This document shows, piece after piece, positions 1-11,405 of a stretch of 64,000 bases of DNA. Numbering within the stretch: the stretch's first letter is position 1; each line of letters opens with the position of its first letter. A model generated the notes under the pieces. That model saw only the letters and a list, made by a program, of their open reading frames with translations, made no database searches and was not told where the DNA came from. This DNA comes from an uncultured Spirochaetota bacterium. Lineage in GTDB: Bacteria; Spirochaetota; Spirochaetia; SZUA-6; Fen-1364. The position numbers and the translations under genes were made by a program. The DNA lies in contig CAWAHW010000005.1 of the NCBI GenBank assembly GCA_963781885.1, positions 192,001 to 256,000 of the forward strand, given 5' to 3'.

Positions 1-2776
1 GCGGGCGATCTCCGTGCGCCTGCGCGGCATCAACCAGACCGGGACGGTGACGGCGTATCTCCAGATCGGGAGCATCTCAGAAGACCTCGACGGCCAGGCA
101 GCCGCCACGGCGACGCCAAAAAGTGAAGGATCGGCCGCGGATGCAGGGTTCGATTTCGTGGATGCCGCGAACGGTGTTACATTGAAGGTGGGCGCGAAAT
201 ATGACCAGAACGGGAGCCTGGTAGGAAACGGGGTCCTCGACACGGAGGACCGCAATGCCAACGGCATCCTGGACCTCGAGGATTCCAGCCGCGTCGTGAC
301 CCTGACGCTTCCGTCGTTGACGTCAGGTGCGGATTGGACGGCCGCGACATTTGCGCTTACCGACGATGAAAGGCAGGCGCTTGTTGCCGCGCGCTCGGTG
401 CGCATCATCATCATGTCGACGGGCCAGGCCTCAGGCGACATCATCCTCGATTCCATCTCCGTGGAGGCAACGCCATTCTGGCCCGAGGCATCGACTCCCG
501 ATCGTCCCCATATTTCCGTCCGGCAGATTCCCGAGTACCTGTCGGCGAACGACCCCGGATCCGGCCACCGCCTGGAGGACGCCTTCTCCGCAACGTACAA
601 GCTTTTCCACCCCAACGGCGAGCAGAACGAGGTGCTGGAAACGGGATGGGGAGTGGACGGGACGCCGATAACCAGCGCGTTTTCGATCAAGGGATTCGTG
701 CCGCAGGGCACGGGGGGCATACAGTACCAGACATTCGTGACTTATTTCCGCACCCCGACGTTGGGCGTGCAGTACACATTCTCCTTTGCCGATTCCACCG
801 CGAATGTCGCAGAGCCGCGCATCAAATGGCATTACACGCCCACGAGCACGGGCTGGCACGAGCTGAAGGTCACATCGTTGAACGGCGGCCAGGTCCTTGT
901 CGACGGGACGCCAATCGGCACGTGGGATAAGTTCGATTCGGGCTACGGGAGCCTCTCCTTCCTGCAGATCGACGTTCCGGCAGGGGTGCCGACAGGTTTC
1001 TTCTATCTGGATGAGGTTTACTGCACGGATCCCGCCGCTGACTTCGGCGCGGCATTCGTAGGAACCTTTTCCGCAAAGCTGCCGGGAACCATACTGGGAA
1101 TCGGCAGCGTGCCGATCCTGGCAAATGTCGCCTTCCGCCAGGACGTGTCGCTTGCCACGGCGGGCTTCTCCTCGCTCTATGGCATTCCCTTGCAGACATC
1201 CGACGTCTCGTCCCGAACGCACGTGGACGCGGATATCGCGACGGCCCGGACGAGCATCGACCTGCTCGTGCAGGACGAGGGAGGCACGCCATCGATCTCC
1301 GGCGGCCACCGCGTCACCCTCCCTTCATTCGGTCTGCCGGTCTCCCTCACCGATGCCTTTTCCCTCACCGACATCGGCGATTTCTCCCGGGAGGATTCGC
1401 TCGCGCTCACCGGTGGCTCCCTTCTGGGGCTCACGGTCGACGCAAGCGCGAACGCGGCAACGGGGAACACGGCCAATTTCGGGCTCCTCACGCAGACATG
1501 GCAGGGAGGGCTCACGTTCAATCCATTTTCCCCGCTGACGACCACGACGCAGCTCTCCCTTTCACAGGTGGTGGACGGCTATCCCTATCCCGTCATTCCC
1601 GAGTGGTACGGCGAGCGCTGGGTGCGGGAAGCGTCGCTCCTTCTGCCCTGGGAGGAGGGGAGCGATATTACCCGGACGGAAAAGCTGTCGTTCACCGCCG
1701 GGATGCCGGCCGCGCCGCTGGGCTTCAGCTTCGCGGCGTCGGCGGATGCGAATGGCAGCGACTATGCCCCCGCGGGCTTCACCCAGCAGAATGATCTTTC
1801 CGCCGCCCTTTCCCTTCTCCTGAACCTGGGACCCCAGTCCTCCTCGGACAGCTTCAGCATCACCTACAAGCGCGTCCTGAGCCTCGATACGACGCCTGCC
1901 CTGGGTCCCCGGTTCCAGGCGGAAACCGACGAGCTGGCCCGCATCCTCGGGCTGCAGGACTTTTTCGTGCAGGCCATCCCCATTGCCGAGATATTCACGG
2001 ACATCACGCCCCAGGCGCGCATTGCGTGGGCGACGGTGAGCCAGGGAAGCTACTCGCCGTCGCTCGCCTTCAACCTGCAACGCAGCTACGGCTCGCGCCT
2101 CATCGACCTGATCGTGCCGTCGAGCCTCGAGCTGGACATCGGCCAGGAGCTCGACAAGGCCGCCGACCTGTACCAGACCGTCGCATATATCCGGCCGCGC
2201 ATGACGACGCGCGCCGTGAATCTCTTCGGCGCGCTGGGCGCATACCCGCTCCTCACGGCGGTCCGCACCGACGAATACGACCTGGATCTCAGCGGGTCGC
2301 TGGAAGGGCCGCCCGGCGCCACGCCGGTCCTGGCAACCATCTCCGTCGAGGGATATGCGACGCTCACCGGCGCCGGGGACAACGCGCTCACGCTCCTGGA
2401 AACCTTTCGACGCGACCAGCCGACAGTTCCGCCGCTCGGTGTGACGCTCACGAACGACTCACAGGCGATCCTGGACTGGAAGCTCCTGCCGCAGAAAGGC
2501 ATCCCCCTGCCGCTCATCCCGCCGGACATCGCCGCAACGGGGCACTTCGAGAACCGCGAGAGCGCCGATCTCACCATTTCATGGCAGGAGTCGGGCGCCT
2601 TTCACCCCTTCACGGTGCTTTTCGGGCATGCGACGTCGCTCGTGTATGCCGGCCACGGATCGATTAAGGCCAGCGCGAATCTCGGCGTGGACGTCGAAAA
2701 CCCCGCGGTGACGGGCCAGGGGCTGGTCTGGCGTTTTGCCGTCAGCGCCGCGCTGGAGGCAAAGTTGACATTCTGA
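1..2776 (+). CDS. Large hypothetical envelope protein, probable outer-membrane beta-rich protein (5' partial)
   Basis: Frame open from the window edge; S/T/G/aromatic-rich alternating strands; C-terminal ALEAKLTF beta-signal-like end; acidic LDTEDRNANGILD motif. Confidence 0.7.
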   Translation, partial: RAISVRLRGINQTGTVTAYLQIGSISEDLDGQAAATATPKSEGSAADAGFDFVDAANGVTLKVGAKYDQNGSLVGNGVLDTEDRNANGILDLEDSSRVVTLTLPSLTSGADWTAATFALTDDERQALVAARSVRIIIMSTGQASGDIILDSISVEATPFWPEASTPDRPHISVRQIPEYLSANDPGSGHRLEDAFSATYKLFHPNGEQNEVLETGWGVDGTPITSAFSIKGFVPQGTGGIQYQTFVTYFRTPTLGVQYTFSFADSTANVAEPRIKWHYTPTSTGWHELKVTSLNGGQVLVDGTPIGTWDKFDSGYGSLSFLQIDVPAGVPTGFFYLDEVYCTDPAADFGAAFVGTFSAKLPGTILGIGSVPILANVAFRQDVSLATAGFSSLYGIPLQTSDVSSRTHVDADIATARTSIDLLVQDEGGTPSISGGHRVTLPSFGLPVSLTDAFSLTDIGDFSREDSLALTGGSLLGLTVDASANAATGNTANFGLLTQTWQGGLTFNPFSPLTTTTQLSLSQVVDGYPYPVIPEWYGERWVREASLLLPWEEGSDITRTEKLSFTAGMPAAPLGFSFAASADANGSDYAPAGFTQQNDLSAALSLLLNLGPQSSSDSFSITYKRVLSLDTTPALGPRFQAETDELARILGLQDFFVQAIPIAEIFTDITPQARIAWATVSQGSYSPSLAFNLQRSYGSRLIDLIVPSSLELDIGQELDKAADLYQTVAYIRPRMTTRAVNLFGALGAYPLLTAVRTDEYDLDLSGSLEGPPGATPVLATISVEGYATLTGAGDNALTLLETFRRDQPTVPPLGVTLTNDSQAILDWKLLPQKGIPLPLIPPDIAATGHFENRESADLTISWQESGAFHPFTVLFGHATSLVYAGHGSIKASANLGVDVENPAVTGQGLVWRFAVSAALEAKLTF

Positions 2777-2810
2777 AAAGTGCGAGATAGCTTTATGGCC
2801 ATGCGGGGTA

Positions 2811-2836
2811 TATAATTGTGGCAGGCTTCAAGGAGG
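2811..2836 (+). promoter_or_regulatory. -10 box TATAAT (2811-2816) and RBS AGGAGG (2831-2836)
   Basis: Perfect TATAAT in an AT-rich intergenic gap; AGGAGG 5 nt before ATG 2842. Confidence 0.6.
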
Positions 2837-2841
2837 TCGCA

Positions 2842-4212
2842 ATGACTGTTGTGTTCAAGCGTTGTGCGCTGGTTCTTGCCTTGTTCAGCCTTGCGGTCGG
2901 CTCGGTGTTTGCACAGAGCGCGCCGCCAGCGAACGCGTTCGGATTCAAAATGGGACTGGACTTGGGCGCGCAGACCTTCACGACTGGCGTACCCAACGAC
3001 CCAGACGCGGGAAGCTTCGAATTCCTCGGGCTCTCCCCGGACATCTCCTTCGGGCCGTTCGGAATCGGTCTCGACCTGACGATCAACTATACGTTGAATG
3101 GACCCCCGGGAGTGGCCCCCGTTGCCAACGAATTCTACATCCGCAAATCGGACTGGGTCCCCACGGATTTTGCCGACTTCCTGAGACTGTATCTGGGCAA
3201 GTTCTCCTACGTGCGATGGGGTGAGGCGGGCGATCCCCTGTTCATCAAGTTCGGCTCCTTCAAGGATGCCACGCTCGGTGACGGCTTCATCATGGGGGAT
3301 TACAACAACGCACTCTTTCTCCCCAACGACCGCCACCTGGGGCTTCAGGCGAACCTCGACGGATCGCTCTTCAAGTTCCCCTTCATTGGTCTGGAGACGG
3401 TGGTCGGCAATGTTTCCACCATGGACGTGGTGGGCGGCAGACTCTACGTGCGGCCGCTCGTCGCCACGCAGATCCCCATCCTCAGCAACCTTGAGATCGG
3501 GCTCACCGGCGTTTTTGACACGGGTCTGAATACCGACACGGCCGCCACTCCCGCCACGGTGTTGGGCGGCGACGTGCAGCTCCCGGTCGTATACGTCAAG
3601 GACATCGTTTCAATGCTGGCGTTTACGGATGTCGCTTTTGAGGGCAAGAGCGCGGGCGGCATGCTGGGCGTCGGCGGCAAGCTCCTGAACTTCATTTCCT
3701 ATGGCGCGCAGCTTCGCGTCCTCGGTTCCGGCTTCCAGCCGGGCTATTTCGGCACCACCTACGACGACTACGCGACGGGGCGCGGCGTGGAATACGCATC
3801 CCTCCAGAATGCTGCCGCGGGCGGCTTCACGTTCGGCTGGGAGTCGAGCCTGGGAACATCGTTCCTCAACGACAAGTTCATTTTCCTCGTGAAGCTCGAT
3901 TCGCCCTTCGTCACGACGGAAACGGATCCTGCGCTGACGCTGCCGCATCTCACCGGCATCCTTTCGCTGGCGGAGGGCGTCGTGCCCGGCATCACGTTCG
4001 ACTTCATCTATGACAAGACACAGATCGACAGCTTTGCGTCCCTGGTGAGCGCCAAGAACGCCCTCATCAAAGCTCAGGTGAACTTCCAGACCGGCGGGGC
4101 GGTGATCTCCTTCGTCTACAATATCACCTACACGGGAGTCCCGGACCGCAACAACAACAACAGCACGTGGGTGGTCCAGTCCGGGCTGCAGAGCTCGATC
4201 CCGCTGTTCTAG
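2842..4212 (+). CDS. Secreted putative outer-membrane beta-barrel protein
   Basis: Signal peptide (SVFA-QS), amphipathic strands, terminal Phe; similar to the C-terminal domain of the next gene. Confidence 0.75.
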   Translation: MTVVFKRCALVLALFSLAVGSVFAQSAPPANAFGFKMGLDLGAQTFTTGVPNDPDAGSFEFLGLSPDISFGPFGIGLDLTINYTLNGPPGVAPVANEFYIRKSDWVPTDFADFLRLYLGKFSYVRWGEAGDPLFIKFGSFKDATLGDGFIMGDYNNALFLPNDRHLGLQANLDGSLFKFPFIGLETVVGNVSTMDVVGGRLYVRPLVATQIPILSNLEIGLTGVFDTGLNTDTAATPATVLGGDVQLPVVYVKDIVSMLAFTDVAFEGKSAGGMLGVGGKLLNFISYGAQLRVLGSGFQPGYFGTTYDDYATGRGVEYASLQNAAAGGFTFGWESSLGTSFLNDKFIFLVKLDSPFVTTETDPALTLPHLTGILSLAEGVVPGITFDFIYDKTQIDSFASLVSAKNALIKAQVNFQTGGAVISFVYNITYTGVPDRNNNNSTWVVQSGLQSSIPLF

Positions 4213-4228
4213 GAAAAGGGAGGAAAGA

Positions 4229-6480
4229 ATGAAGACGAGAGTTTTCTTCGCGATTGCGCTCGCCGCCTTGCTGGTGATCCCAGGAATGCTGTTCGCGCAG
4301 TCGGCTCCGGCGAAACCAAAGCCGCCGGCGATATCGGTCACCATCAGCTACATCGAAAACAACAGCGGAAACTTCGACGTCAAGGACGAAAAGGGCGTCT
4401 CCGTGAGCCCGACGCCGTCCGAAGGCGACGAGCTGAAGCTGGGCTGGACGGTGCTCACGGGGGCAGGCGATTCCGCCGAGCTCCAGTTGAATCACACCAG
4501 CACCATCGTGAAGATTTCGCAGAACACGAACTTCCGGCTCGACAAGCTGCGCTCCGACACGGGCGGCCAGGACGTCTTCTCAATGGCGTTCGGCAAGGTC
4601 CGCACCGTCGCGGGCAAAGCCTCGGGCAAGGACCAGTACCAGATCAAGACCCCGTCGGCGGTCTGCGGTGTCCGCGGGTCCGACGTGGTCGTGGAGTTCC
4701 AGGAGGGAGCGTTCGCGAAGCTCTCCACCCTTGAAGGCACGGGCTGGATACAGAACGCGGCCGGCCAGGCGCTCGACGTGGCGCAGGGATTTGCCGCTGA
4801 CGCGCTCGCCGCCACCTTCACGGCGGTCCAGATTCCCCCCGACGTGCTTGACAGCCTGACGAAAGATATGACGTTCGTCCGCCTGGACCCGGCCGCGGTG
4901 CTGGCGATCAACAAGGCCTACCAGGCGTCCCTGCTGCCGTCCAACAACGCCGCAACCGGCAACGCGCCGTCGACACCCGCGGCCCCCGCCACTCCCCCGG
5001 CGCCGCCGAAGCCGACCTGGCTTGACGACGTGATGGCGAAGATCAAGCAGATACTCGGCGTGGAGATCGGCTCGATCACGATCAGCGGGACCACGTACAG
5101 CGAGGTTATTGCTCAGCCGACATTCGCGCTGGGAAGCCTGAAGATGTCGCTGTACCTCCCGATCATCTATCAGACCGACATGTTCAATACTAAAGACTGG
5201 TACCACCCCCAGGGAAATGACGAATGGAGTTTCGGCGGTCTTCTCACCGGGAAGATCAATCCCGACCCCTGGGCCTTTGCGCAGGATTTTGCGAATGACC
5301 TGTTCCTGAAGATCCGCTACATCGAATGGGGCCACCAGAGGGATCCCTTCTTCTTCAAGGTCGGAAACCTGGATGACATCACAATCGGCCACGGTCTCAT
5401 CATGAGCAACTTCGCCAACGACGCCGATTTCCCCGCGATCCGCCGCACCGGCGTGAACCTGGGTCTCGATTTCGGCGGCGTGGGAATCGAAGCGATGATG
5501 AACGACGCAGCGGCGCCGGACATCGTGGGCGGCCGCCTCTACGTGCGCCCGGTGAAGGGCTTCAAGGCAGCCCTCGGGGTCACGGGCATCGTTGACCTGA
5601 ACCCCGCCAAGGATTGGCCGGCGGGGGCGCCTGACGTCGGAAGCCCGATCTTCATCAATCCCGGCGTGGACCTCGATCTGCCCTTCGTGGAGAGCAATTT
5701 CTTCGGACTCGTGGCCTTTGCCGACGCGGCAGTCATGGTTCCGTACTTCCAGACCAAGCCCGACGAATCCGACCTATTCCAATATCCGCGCAGGGATTCG
5801 ACTTCAAGGCGGTGCTTCCCGACGCGAGCAACCTCGCGGACATCAAGAACTGGGGCGTCGCTGCCGGTCTGTTCGGCAACGTGGTGACGAAGGACATCAC
5901 CTGGCGCCTGGAGTTCCGCGACTACACCGGTGCATTCATTCCGGACTTCTACAACTCGGACTACGAACGGGACCGCACGCAGATGGTCTCCCAGGTTCTC
6001 CAGTACCTGGAGAACCCCGCGGCGTCGCAGTACAACCAGACCCTCGGCATCTTCGGCGAAGGGGGATTCACCTGGCCCAAGGTTTTCAGCCTCACGCTGA
6101 ACTACTTCTGGCCGTGGACCCAGGACCCGACGACGCACGCATTCACATTCGGCAACGACCATTTCCTGGCCAAGTTCACCCTGGAGCCGGGCGTCATCCC
6201 CGTTGTCAAGATATTCGGCTCCGTCTCCTATGAGAGGACGAACTTCGTTCCCGCGCTGCTGAACGGGACGACGAACGGGCCCACGCTGTTCGACGCAAAC
6301 ACGGTGGTTGCCGCCACCATTGGATATCCGATCAGCGACAGCCTCGACGTATCGGTGTCGTACACGGAGACGGCGCGCCGCGATTCGGCAGGAAACGTGA
6401 TGTACGATCCTTCGTCGCTTGGCGGGCTGCTGCCTTACATGGACAGCTCGGTCTCCATCACGATGAGCTCGCAACTCTGA
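4229..6480 (+). CDS. FecR-domain protein fused to a putative beta-barrel domain (apparent frameshift ~5760-5790)
   Basis: Signal peptide; FecR motif IKTPSAVCGVRGS...LSTLEG; Pro/Ala linker; ORFs 4229-5887 and 5812-6480 join into one protein. Confidence 0.75.
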
Positions 6481-6483
6481 TGA

Positions 6484-8175
6484 ATGTCTGATCCCACCCC
6501 TCGGTCCCGGAGGATACACTTCCTCCGGGACGAGGTCTTCCGCAAGATCGCGGCCGGCGAGGTAATCGACCGGCCGTTTTCCATTGTGCGGGAGCTTCTG
6601 GATAACGCGATTGATGCGGGATCTGCATCCATCGACGTGCACCTGGAAGCGGGAGGGCTTTCGCGTGTCCGCGTCGTCGACGACGGCGCGGGCATGGACC
6701 GCGACGATCTTTCTCTCTGCTGGCAGCCGCACACGACCTCCAAGATCGACAGTGAGGACGACCTGCTGCGCGTCACCAGCCTGGGTTTCCGAGGGGAGGC
6801 CCTGGCGAGCATCGGCATGTGCAGCAGGCTGGAGATCGTGAGCAAAGTGCAGGGCCCGGGACCGGCGCACCGGCTGGAGGTCCGCGACGGCAGGCAAAGC
6901 GCGCTCGAGCCCTGCCAGGGCAAGCCGGGCACAACCGTGGACGTGTCGGAGCTTTTTTTCAATTACCCCGCGCGGAAGAAATTCCTCCGCAGCGCGTCGG
7001 CGGAATCCGGTCTGTGCCGGACGGCTTTTCTCGACAAGGCGGTTGCGCACCCTTCAATTGCATTTCGTCTCTTCATCGATGGCGCGCTGAAGATGTCCCT
7101 GCCCGCGGGCACGGCCGTGCAGAGGATTTCACTGGCCTATGAGCCCCTGATCGGCGCGGCGCCGCTCACGGCGTCGGAGGAGCGCGGGGCAGGGTTCACC
7201 GTGTCGGTCGTGGCCGGGGATCGCGAATTGCGCCGGCGCGACCGCAAGCTGTTGCAGGCATTCGTGAACGGCCGTCGGGTCTTCGAGTTTGCGCTTCTCC
7301 AGGCCGCGGAGTTCGGATTCGCGGGTGCCGTTCCCGGCGGCTGGCATCCCGCGGCGTTCATCTTCGTGCGCATCGACCCCTCTCTGGTGGACTTCAATAT
7401 CCACCCGGCCAAGAAAGAAGTCAGGTTCAGGAATCTCGCCGACGTGCACCACGCGGTCGTCGAAGCTGTGAGGAAACAGGCGGCTCCCGCGCCGCCGCAG
7501 GCGCCGGTCGCGCCTTCGCTCCGCTCCGCAGCTTCCGGCCAAGCTGCCATTTCCCGACCGCGCACGGAGCAAGAGCTTACGCTTCCCCTTGCACCCGACC
7601 CAGTGCCGTCTCCGCAGGCCGACGGTGCCGGCATACGCTATCTCGGCCAGGTGTTCGGCGTCTTCCTCGTCTTTGAGCTCCCGGACAGGCTCGTGATCAT
7701 GGATCAGCATGCCGCCCACGAGAGGATCCTTTTCGAGCGGCTGAGCGCACGAGCTCCGGCGATGCAGGACATGCTTTTTCCGCTTTGCTTCGACGTGTCG
7801 GAGGAGGAAGAGAGCCGGCTGGAAAGATCGGCAGCCGACCTGCTCGGGCTCGGCGTGGAGCTGCGCAAGGCCGGTCCGCGCGCCTTCGAGGTGACCGCCC
7901 TGGCGGAGCACTTCGCGTCAATACCCGAGGAGGCGCTTGTGGAGCTCATTCGCGGTGTCGGCGGCGAGGAATGGCAGTATGCTTTCCGCGCAACGGCGGC
8001 CTGCCGCATGGCGATCAAGGAAGGCGACCGCGTGGACCCCGTCACTGCCCGCGAGCTCTGCAGCCAGGCCCTGGAGCTGCCCGTGCCCCGCTGCCCTCAT
8101 GGCAGACCCATCTGGCACCAGCTGAGCGAGGAATCGCTGCGCCGGCTCGTCGATCGGCCGGTTGACCGTCGATGA
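6484..8175 (+). CDS. mutL: DNA mismatch repair endonuclease MutL
   Basis: KIAAGEVIDRP, ELLDNAIDAG, GFRGEALASI, DFNIHPAKKEVRF, endonuclease motif DQHAAHER, ACR and CPHGRP. Confidence 0.97.
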   Translation: MSDPTPRSRRIHFLRDEVFRKIAAGEVIDRPFSIVRELLDNAIDAGSASIDVHLEAGGLSRVRVVDDGAGMDRDDLSLCWQPHTTSKIDSEDDLLRVTSLGFRGEALASIGMCSRLEIVSKVQGPGPAHRLEVRDGRQSALEPCQGKPGTTVDVSELFFNYPARKKFLRSASAESGLCRTAFLDKAVAHPSIAFRLFIDGALKMSLPAGTAVQRISLAYEPLIGAAPLTASEERGAGFTVSVVAGDRELRRRDRKLLQAFVNGRRVFEFALLQAAEFGFAGAVPGGWHPAAFIFVRIDPSLVDFNIHPAKKEVRFRNLADVHHAVVEAVRKQAAPAPPQAPVAPSLRSAASGQAAISRPRTEQELTLPLAPDPVPSPQADGAGIRYLGQVFGVFLVFELPDRLVIMDQHAAHERILFERLSARAPAMQDMLFPLCFDVSEEEESRLERSAADLLGLGVELRKAGPRAFEVTALAEHFASIPEEALVELIRGVGGEEWQYAFRATAACRMAIKEGDRVDPVTARELCSQALELPVPRCPHGRPIWHQLSEESLRRLVDRPVDRR

Positions 8176-8214
8176 CGGGTGGAAGCGGGGCCGGTGTCAG
8201 CGCACCCGCTCGGG

Positions 8215-10146
8215 CTATAGCTGGTGTAAAAGGCTCTGGGCCTCGTCCTTCAGCGACTGCTTGGGATTCTTCGCGATCAGCTTCGTGAGAAGGTCCTTGG
8301 CGTCCTTCGTGTTGTTTTCCTTCACGTAGACACGCGCCAGCTTGACGTAGACGTCCATATTCGTCGGATCCTTGCTCAGCACGTCGAGGAAGGCCGTCTT
8401 TGCGTCCGGCGTCTGGCCGTTCTCCGCGTAGGCGAGCCCCAGGTTGTATTCGGTCACCGTTGAGCTGGGCTGGATGGACAGCGCCTTGGAGAGATGCGTG
8501 ATGCTGTCCTGGTATTGCTGCTGGTGGAGGTAGACATTGCCCAGGTTATTCTGCACCTCGTACGATTCCGGCACGATCTGCTCTGCCGCCTGCAGCAAGG
8601 GCAACGCCTTATCCGCCATGCCTTTCGTGTCGTAGAGGGCGCCGAGGTTGATGAGGGCAGGGGAGAGCTTCGGGTCCTTCTGGACCGCAAGGGTGTAATA
8701 CTTCACCGCATCGTCGGCGTTTCCCAGCTTGTCGTTGACAAGACCCAGAACGTAGGTGCTCGACGCGGAGCCGCCGTCCTTGTCGACGGCCTTCTGGGCG
8801 TACGGCAGCGCCTCTCGCGCCTTGCCGAGCTTCACCTTGACCTGCGCCATGTTGTAGTTTGCGATGACGCTATCCGGTTCCAGCGTGAGCGCTTTCGTCA
8901 ATGTCGCCTCGGCCCCCGCGAAGTCGCCGCGCGCCATGTAGGCGGAACCAAGCTCGCGAGAATCAGCCGGCGTTGTCCGGCGCGAATTGCGCCGCCGACT
9001 TGAAGGAATCCAGCGCGCCCGCCGCATCGCCCTGGCCGCGCAGGAGGTAGCCGATCATGTAATAGGCGTCGGCGAAGTCCCTCTTGGTCGCGATGGCAGC
9101 CTTGAAGGCGCCGATCGCTTTCGTCGTGTCCCCGAGCTGCACGAGCGTCATGCCGCGGTTGAAATGCGCCGAGGTGAAATCGGGCTTCAGCGCCACGCAG
9201 GCCTCGAAGGATTTCTGCGCATCGGTGAAGAGCTTTGCACGGTACTGCAGCTTGCCCAGCGCGTAGAGGGAATCCGCGTCACTGGGATTCAGGCGGACCG
9301 CGGTCTGGTATTCCTTCATGGCCTGGTCGGAAAGCTTGCGGGCATCGTATATCTCGCCCAGAGTCTTGTGCGGCACCCAGTTGTCGGGGTTTTTTGCAAT
9401 AGCCGCGTTCGAAAAGTCCACTGCCTTCTGGACATTTGCCGGGTCAGAGGGATTTTCCCTCAGGTAGGAGAGACCCGCATAGCCAAGGGCGTCGGAATTG
9501 TCGGGTGCGAGCCCGGCGGCCTGCTCAAAGTCCTTCCTGGCTTCCGTGTAGCGGCCGGCGTTGAAGGCAGCGCCGCCCTTCTGCATGAGATCCGCAACTT
9601 TCTTCTGCAGCTCCTTTTCCTTCGCCGATGCGTCGTCCGGCGGCTTCACGGGCTGCTGCACGACGATCTGCTGGGGCTGACCGTTCTTGAGGGAGTCGCC
9701 CAGCCTCGCGAGGCTCGCCTTCAGCTGGTCCTGCTGCGCCTGCAGGGCGGCAAGCTCGTTCTGCTTGGCGGCATCGTCGGCTGCTTTCTTCTTCGCAAGG
9801 ATGTCGTCCAGGGCCGCCTTGACGCGAGGGTCGTCTATTTTCAAGGTGTCAAGAACGTTGAGCGCGCGGTCGTAGTCCCCTTCCCGGCGTAGTAATCGGC
9901 GAGCTTCAGGCCGTCGTCCACCCGGGAGGCCGCCGCGTGGCCGCTCACGATCACGCCGACACCGACCCCGGCGCCGGCAAGGACCACGAGGCCGATGATG
10001 AGGCCGATCACGAGCGGACGGGAGAGGCGCGCCCGTTCCGGGCCTTTCTTCCGCGGTGAACGCGGGCTCGCGGAGGCGCGCCCCGTTTTTGCAGCAGCGG
10101 CACGGCCCGCGGTGGACGCCTTGATGAGGGGTATTTTCTGCTGCAT
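8215..10146 (-). CDS. Membrane-anchored tetratricopeptide-repeat protein, ~640 aa (two apparent frameshifts at ~9880 and ~8965)
   Basis: Basic N-terminus plus TM helix, coiled coil, many TPR repeats; ORFs 9841-10146, 8963-9844 and 8215-9027 read contiguously if single-base indels are corrected. Confidence 0.75.
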
Positions 10147-10148
10147 CG

Positions 10149-10829
10149 TTAATCCTTGATGTCGACGCTGACGGGATCGCTCTGGCCGTTGATGGACTCG
10201 ACGCTCAGGTTTTTTGTCGCATCCCCGGCATTCTTGAGACTGTTCTGGACGTCGTTCATGAGCGCCTGTTGCTTGGCGACCTCCGCGAGGCGCGCCTTTT
10301 CCTTGTCATCCTGCGCCTTGCGCAGGAGGGCCATCACCTTTTCGATGTTCGGCCGCTGGGGATCCTGCGGCGAAAGCTGGAGGAAGAGCGTGTAGTCGGC
10401 GAGCGCGCCGTCGAAGTTGCCCAACTGCAGGCGGGAATTGGCCCTGTTGAGGTAGCCGTCGGAAAGCCCCTTGTTCGCGGCCAGCGCATTTGAGTACATG
10501 TCTTCCGCGAACGTGAACTCCTTGCGGGAGAAGAAATCGTTTCCCATGTTGAAATAGAACAGATCCTTGTACGCCGATGCCACCGGGAGCCCCTGCTTGA
10601 GGATGTCGATCGACTTCTGCGCGTCGCCGAGCTGCTGGTAGATGATACCGAGGTACAGATAGGTCTTTTCGTTGGAAGGGTCGTCATTCAGCGCGCTTTC
10701 AAGCAGCGGGCGGGCATCCTGCGGCTTGTTCTGGACGTACAGCGCCTCGCCCTTGTCGAAGAACTCGGAGGAACCGAATGCGCCCGACCCGACGACGATC
10801 AGGGCAAGGACAAGAGCAATCCGTTTCAT
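10149..10829 (-). CDS. Secreted TPR protein
   Basis: MKRIALVLAL signal peptide, TPR repeats, G-rich RBS. Confidence 0.85.
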   Translation of the reverse strand: MKRIALVLALIVVGSGAFGSSEFFDKGEALYVQNKPQDARPLLESALNDDPSNEKTYLYLGIIYQQLGDAQKSIDILKQGLPVASAYKDLFYFNMGNDFFSRKEFTFAEDMYSNALAANKGLSDGYLNRANSRLQLGNFDGALADYTLFLQLSPQDPQRPNIEKVMALLRKAQDDKEKARLAEVAKQQALMNDVQNSLKNAGDATKNLSVESINGQSDPVSVDIKD

Positions 10830-10967
10830 CGCGTTCCCCCCCCTACAAATATAGCGCAGCGGAGACAACCTGTCGCCTGCCGCGCACCCCCGGGACGCGG
10901 CCGCAACGGCCCTTACTCTATCGTCGGTCGGGAAAGGGGATGCGTGAAGCGCTTTCAGGCCTTCGAA

Positions 10968-11252
10968 TCAGGCCCTGTTGCCCTCAAGCGTGCGGTTCTC
11001 CCGCGGACCGTCCTGGAGCGCCTGATGGATGTAGTCCACGGTGTCCGCGACGGACAGGAGGCGCTCGGCCGAATCGTCCGGGATATTGATCCCGAATGCC
11101 TCCTCCAGCTCGTAGACGATCTCAGCGACATCGAGGGAGTCCAGTCCCAGGTCGAGCTTCAGATTCTTGTCGGGCGTGAAGGCGCTTCTTTCCGCGGCGC
11201 TGTGCCGGGATAGAATGTCGATCAGCTTCTCCTCGATCTCCCGTCTGTCCAT
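10968..11252 (-). CDS. acpP: Acyl carrier protein
   Basis: DLGLDSLD phosphopantetheine Ser motif, ELEEAFGINIPD; RBS AGGAGG. Confidence 0.9.
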   Translation of the reverse strand: MDRREIEEKLIDILSRHSAAERSAFTPDKNLKLDLGLDSLDVAEIVYELEEAFGINIPDDSAERLLSVADTVDYIHQALQDGPRENRTLEGNRA

Positions 11253-11280
11253 ACTGCCCTCCTGAGGGTGGTACCGGTCA

Positions 11281-11310
11281 TTTATAGCGCGGCCCTGCCG
11301 TCCGTGTCAA
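11281..11310 (-). promoter_or_regulatory. Sigma70-type promoter for the ACP gene
   Basis: TTGACA-N18-TATAAA on the minus strand. Confidence 0.5.
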
Positions 11311-11405
11311 AGCGCCCCGGCCGGTGGCGCACGACGGGGGGGGCGGGCGGTCGCGGGCCCGCGTTGCACCCCTCCGGCTCTTTCACTATATTCTTATGCC
11401 GACAC

